Made by a program: the position numbers and the translations under genes
Part shown: positions 63,316-64,000 of the stretch, piece by piece
Layout of the letters: each line of letters starts with the position of its first letter
Numbering within the stretch: position 1 is the first letter of the stretch
From: an uncultured Nitrospiraceae bacterium
GTDB lineage: Bacteria; Nitrospirota; Nitrospiria; Nitrospirales; Nitrospiraceae
Assembly: GCA_963706325.1 (NCBI GenBank)
Contig: CAVPLT010000007.1
Span: 384,001-448,000, forward strand
Direction of reading: 5' to 3'
Length of the DNA: 64,000 nt
Notes under the pieces: model-generated
Database searches by the model: none
What the model was told of the DNA's origin: nothing
The model's input: the letters and a program-made list of their open reading frames with translations, nothing else

Positions 63316-63642
63316 ATGAAACATCTGTTGTGGAGTGTTGTATGCATCAGTCTCCTTGGAGGATGCAGCTATTCCGACGGAGATCGGGTGGGTTATTTGC
63401 AGAAGCTGTCCCGGAAGGGATGGGTGTGTAAGACCCATGAAGGGGAACTCGCCATGACGACGGTCCCAGGCATGGCTCCCGTCCTCTGGAACTTTAGTGT
63501 ATGGAATGACGACATCGCCAAGAAACTGGACGGCCAGATCGGAAAGCGGGTCGTACTTCATTACCGGGAACTACGATATGTCCCCACGACCTGTTTCGGA
63601 GAGACGAACTACTTCGTGGATCGCGCCGACATCGTGGAGTAG
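63316..63642 (+). CDS. Conserved hypothetical lipoprotein
   Basis: LGGC; YSDGDRVGYLQKLSRKGWVCKTHEGEL...CFGETNYFV. Confidence 0.75.
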   Translation: MKHLLWSVVCISLLGGCSYSDGDRVGYLQKLSRKGWVCKTHEGELAMTTVPGMAPVLWNFSVWNDDIAKKLDGQIGKRVVLHYRELRYVPTTCFGETNYFVDRADIVE

Positions 63643-63741
63643 TGCAGGGGAGTTTATCGAAACCAGCGGGCAAGAAAAGTGGGTCCAGGAGAGCGGAAGG
63701 CAGAAACAAATGGACTCATCAGTAAGGGAGCAAGAATCAGC

Positions 63742-64000
63742 ATGAAGTCGAATGTGATAAAGCCGCTACAACTTGTGGTCTGTCTGGCGCTCATGGGAGG
63801 CTGCTCGACCACGTATGAACCGCACCTCGTGCTTCCGGCCACCGAGCTCACTCGCTCTATCGATGCCAACGTGGAGGTGCATCCCTTCGTCGCCTCCGAT
63901 GAGTTGGTTTCAGGACATTCCCCCTACGGTGTGCGCGCGGACGACTATTCCAACAAGGCCCCATCTGAATTGACCCAGGCTCTCACCAAGGAAGTGATCG
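63742..64000 (+). CDS. Hypothetical lipoprotein, 3'-truncated by the window edge
   Basis: MKSNVIKPLQLVVCLALMGGCSTTYEP..., open to the end of the window. Confidence 0.6.
   Translation, partial: MKSNVIKPLQLVVCLALMGGCSTTYEPHLVLPATELTRSIDANVEVHPFVASDELVSGHSPYGVRADDYSNKAPSELTQALTKEVI

Noticed and set aside
48023..64000. attR duplicate of the tRNA-Glu 3' end
   Set aside because: No GGGGACACCA-type copy found by eye; CAAATCCCG at 58353 is a short match inside the structured motif.

Overview
GC-rich bacterial chromosome segment, most likely Nitrospira/Nitrospirota. This is an inference from recognised repeat families, small CxxC..CxxC proteins and overall gene content; no database search was run. 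From left to right: (1) the 3' part of phosphoketolase, a HAD hydrolase and a triple-GAF FhlA-like sigma-54 activator; (2) a TetR + YbhG/F/S-like ABC exporter; (3) a sigma-54-driven RND operon with no outer-membrane factor; (4) a decaying accessory zone with several pseudogenes; (5) a minus-strand three-gene surface locus (fibre-chaperone-like protein, Cys-rich secreted protein, beta-barrel); (6) an ECF42-type sigma factor regulon (DGPF/YciI, VOC, DUF1579, BNR propeller, ubiquitin-like protein) with three matching TGTCGA-N16-CGACT promoters; (7) a second, complete RND operon sharing the same upstream activator motif as the first; (8) small hypothetical proteins and glgB; (9) tRNA-Glu followed by a tyrosine integrase and a short degenerate island; (10) an RcsF-like lipoprotein, YihY, a two-component pair, transaldolase, BON and general stress genes, and lipoproteins. 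The main unexplained signals are the propeller + ubiquitin-like module under ECF42 control, a twice-repeated ~100-nt structured motif fused to a sigma-54 promoter, two different enhancer motifs each shared by two sigma-54 promoters, and the fibre/lectin/barrel locus. No CRISPR array or rRNA was seen.
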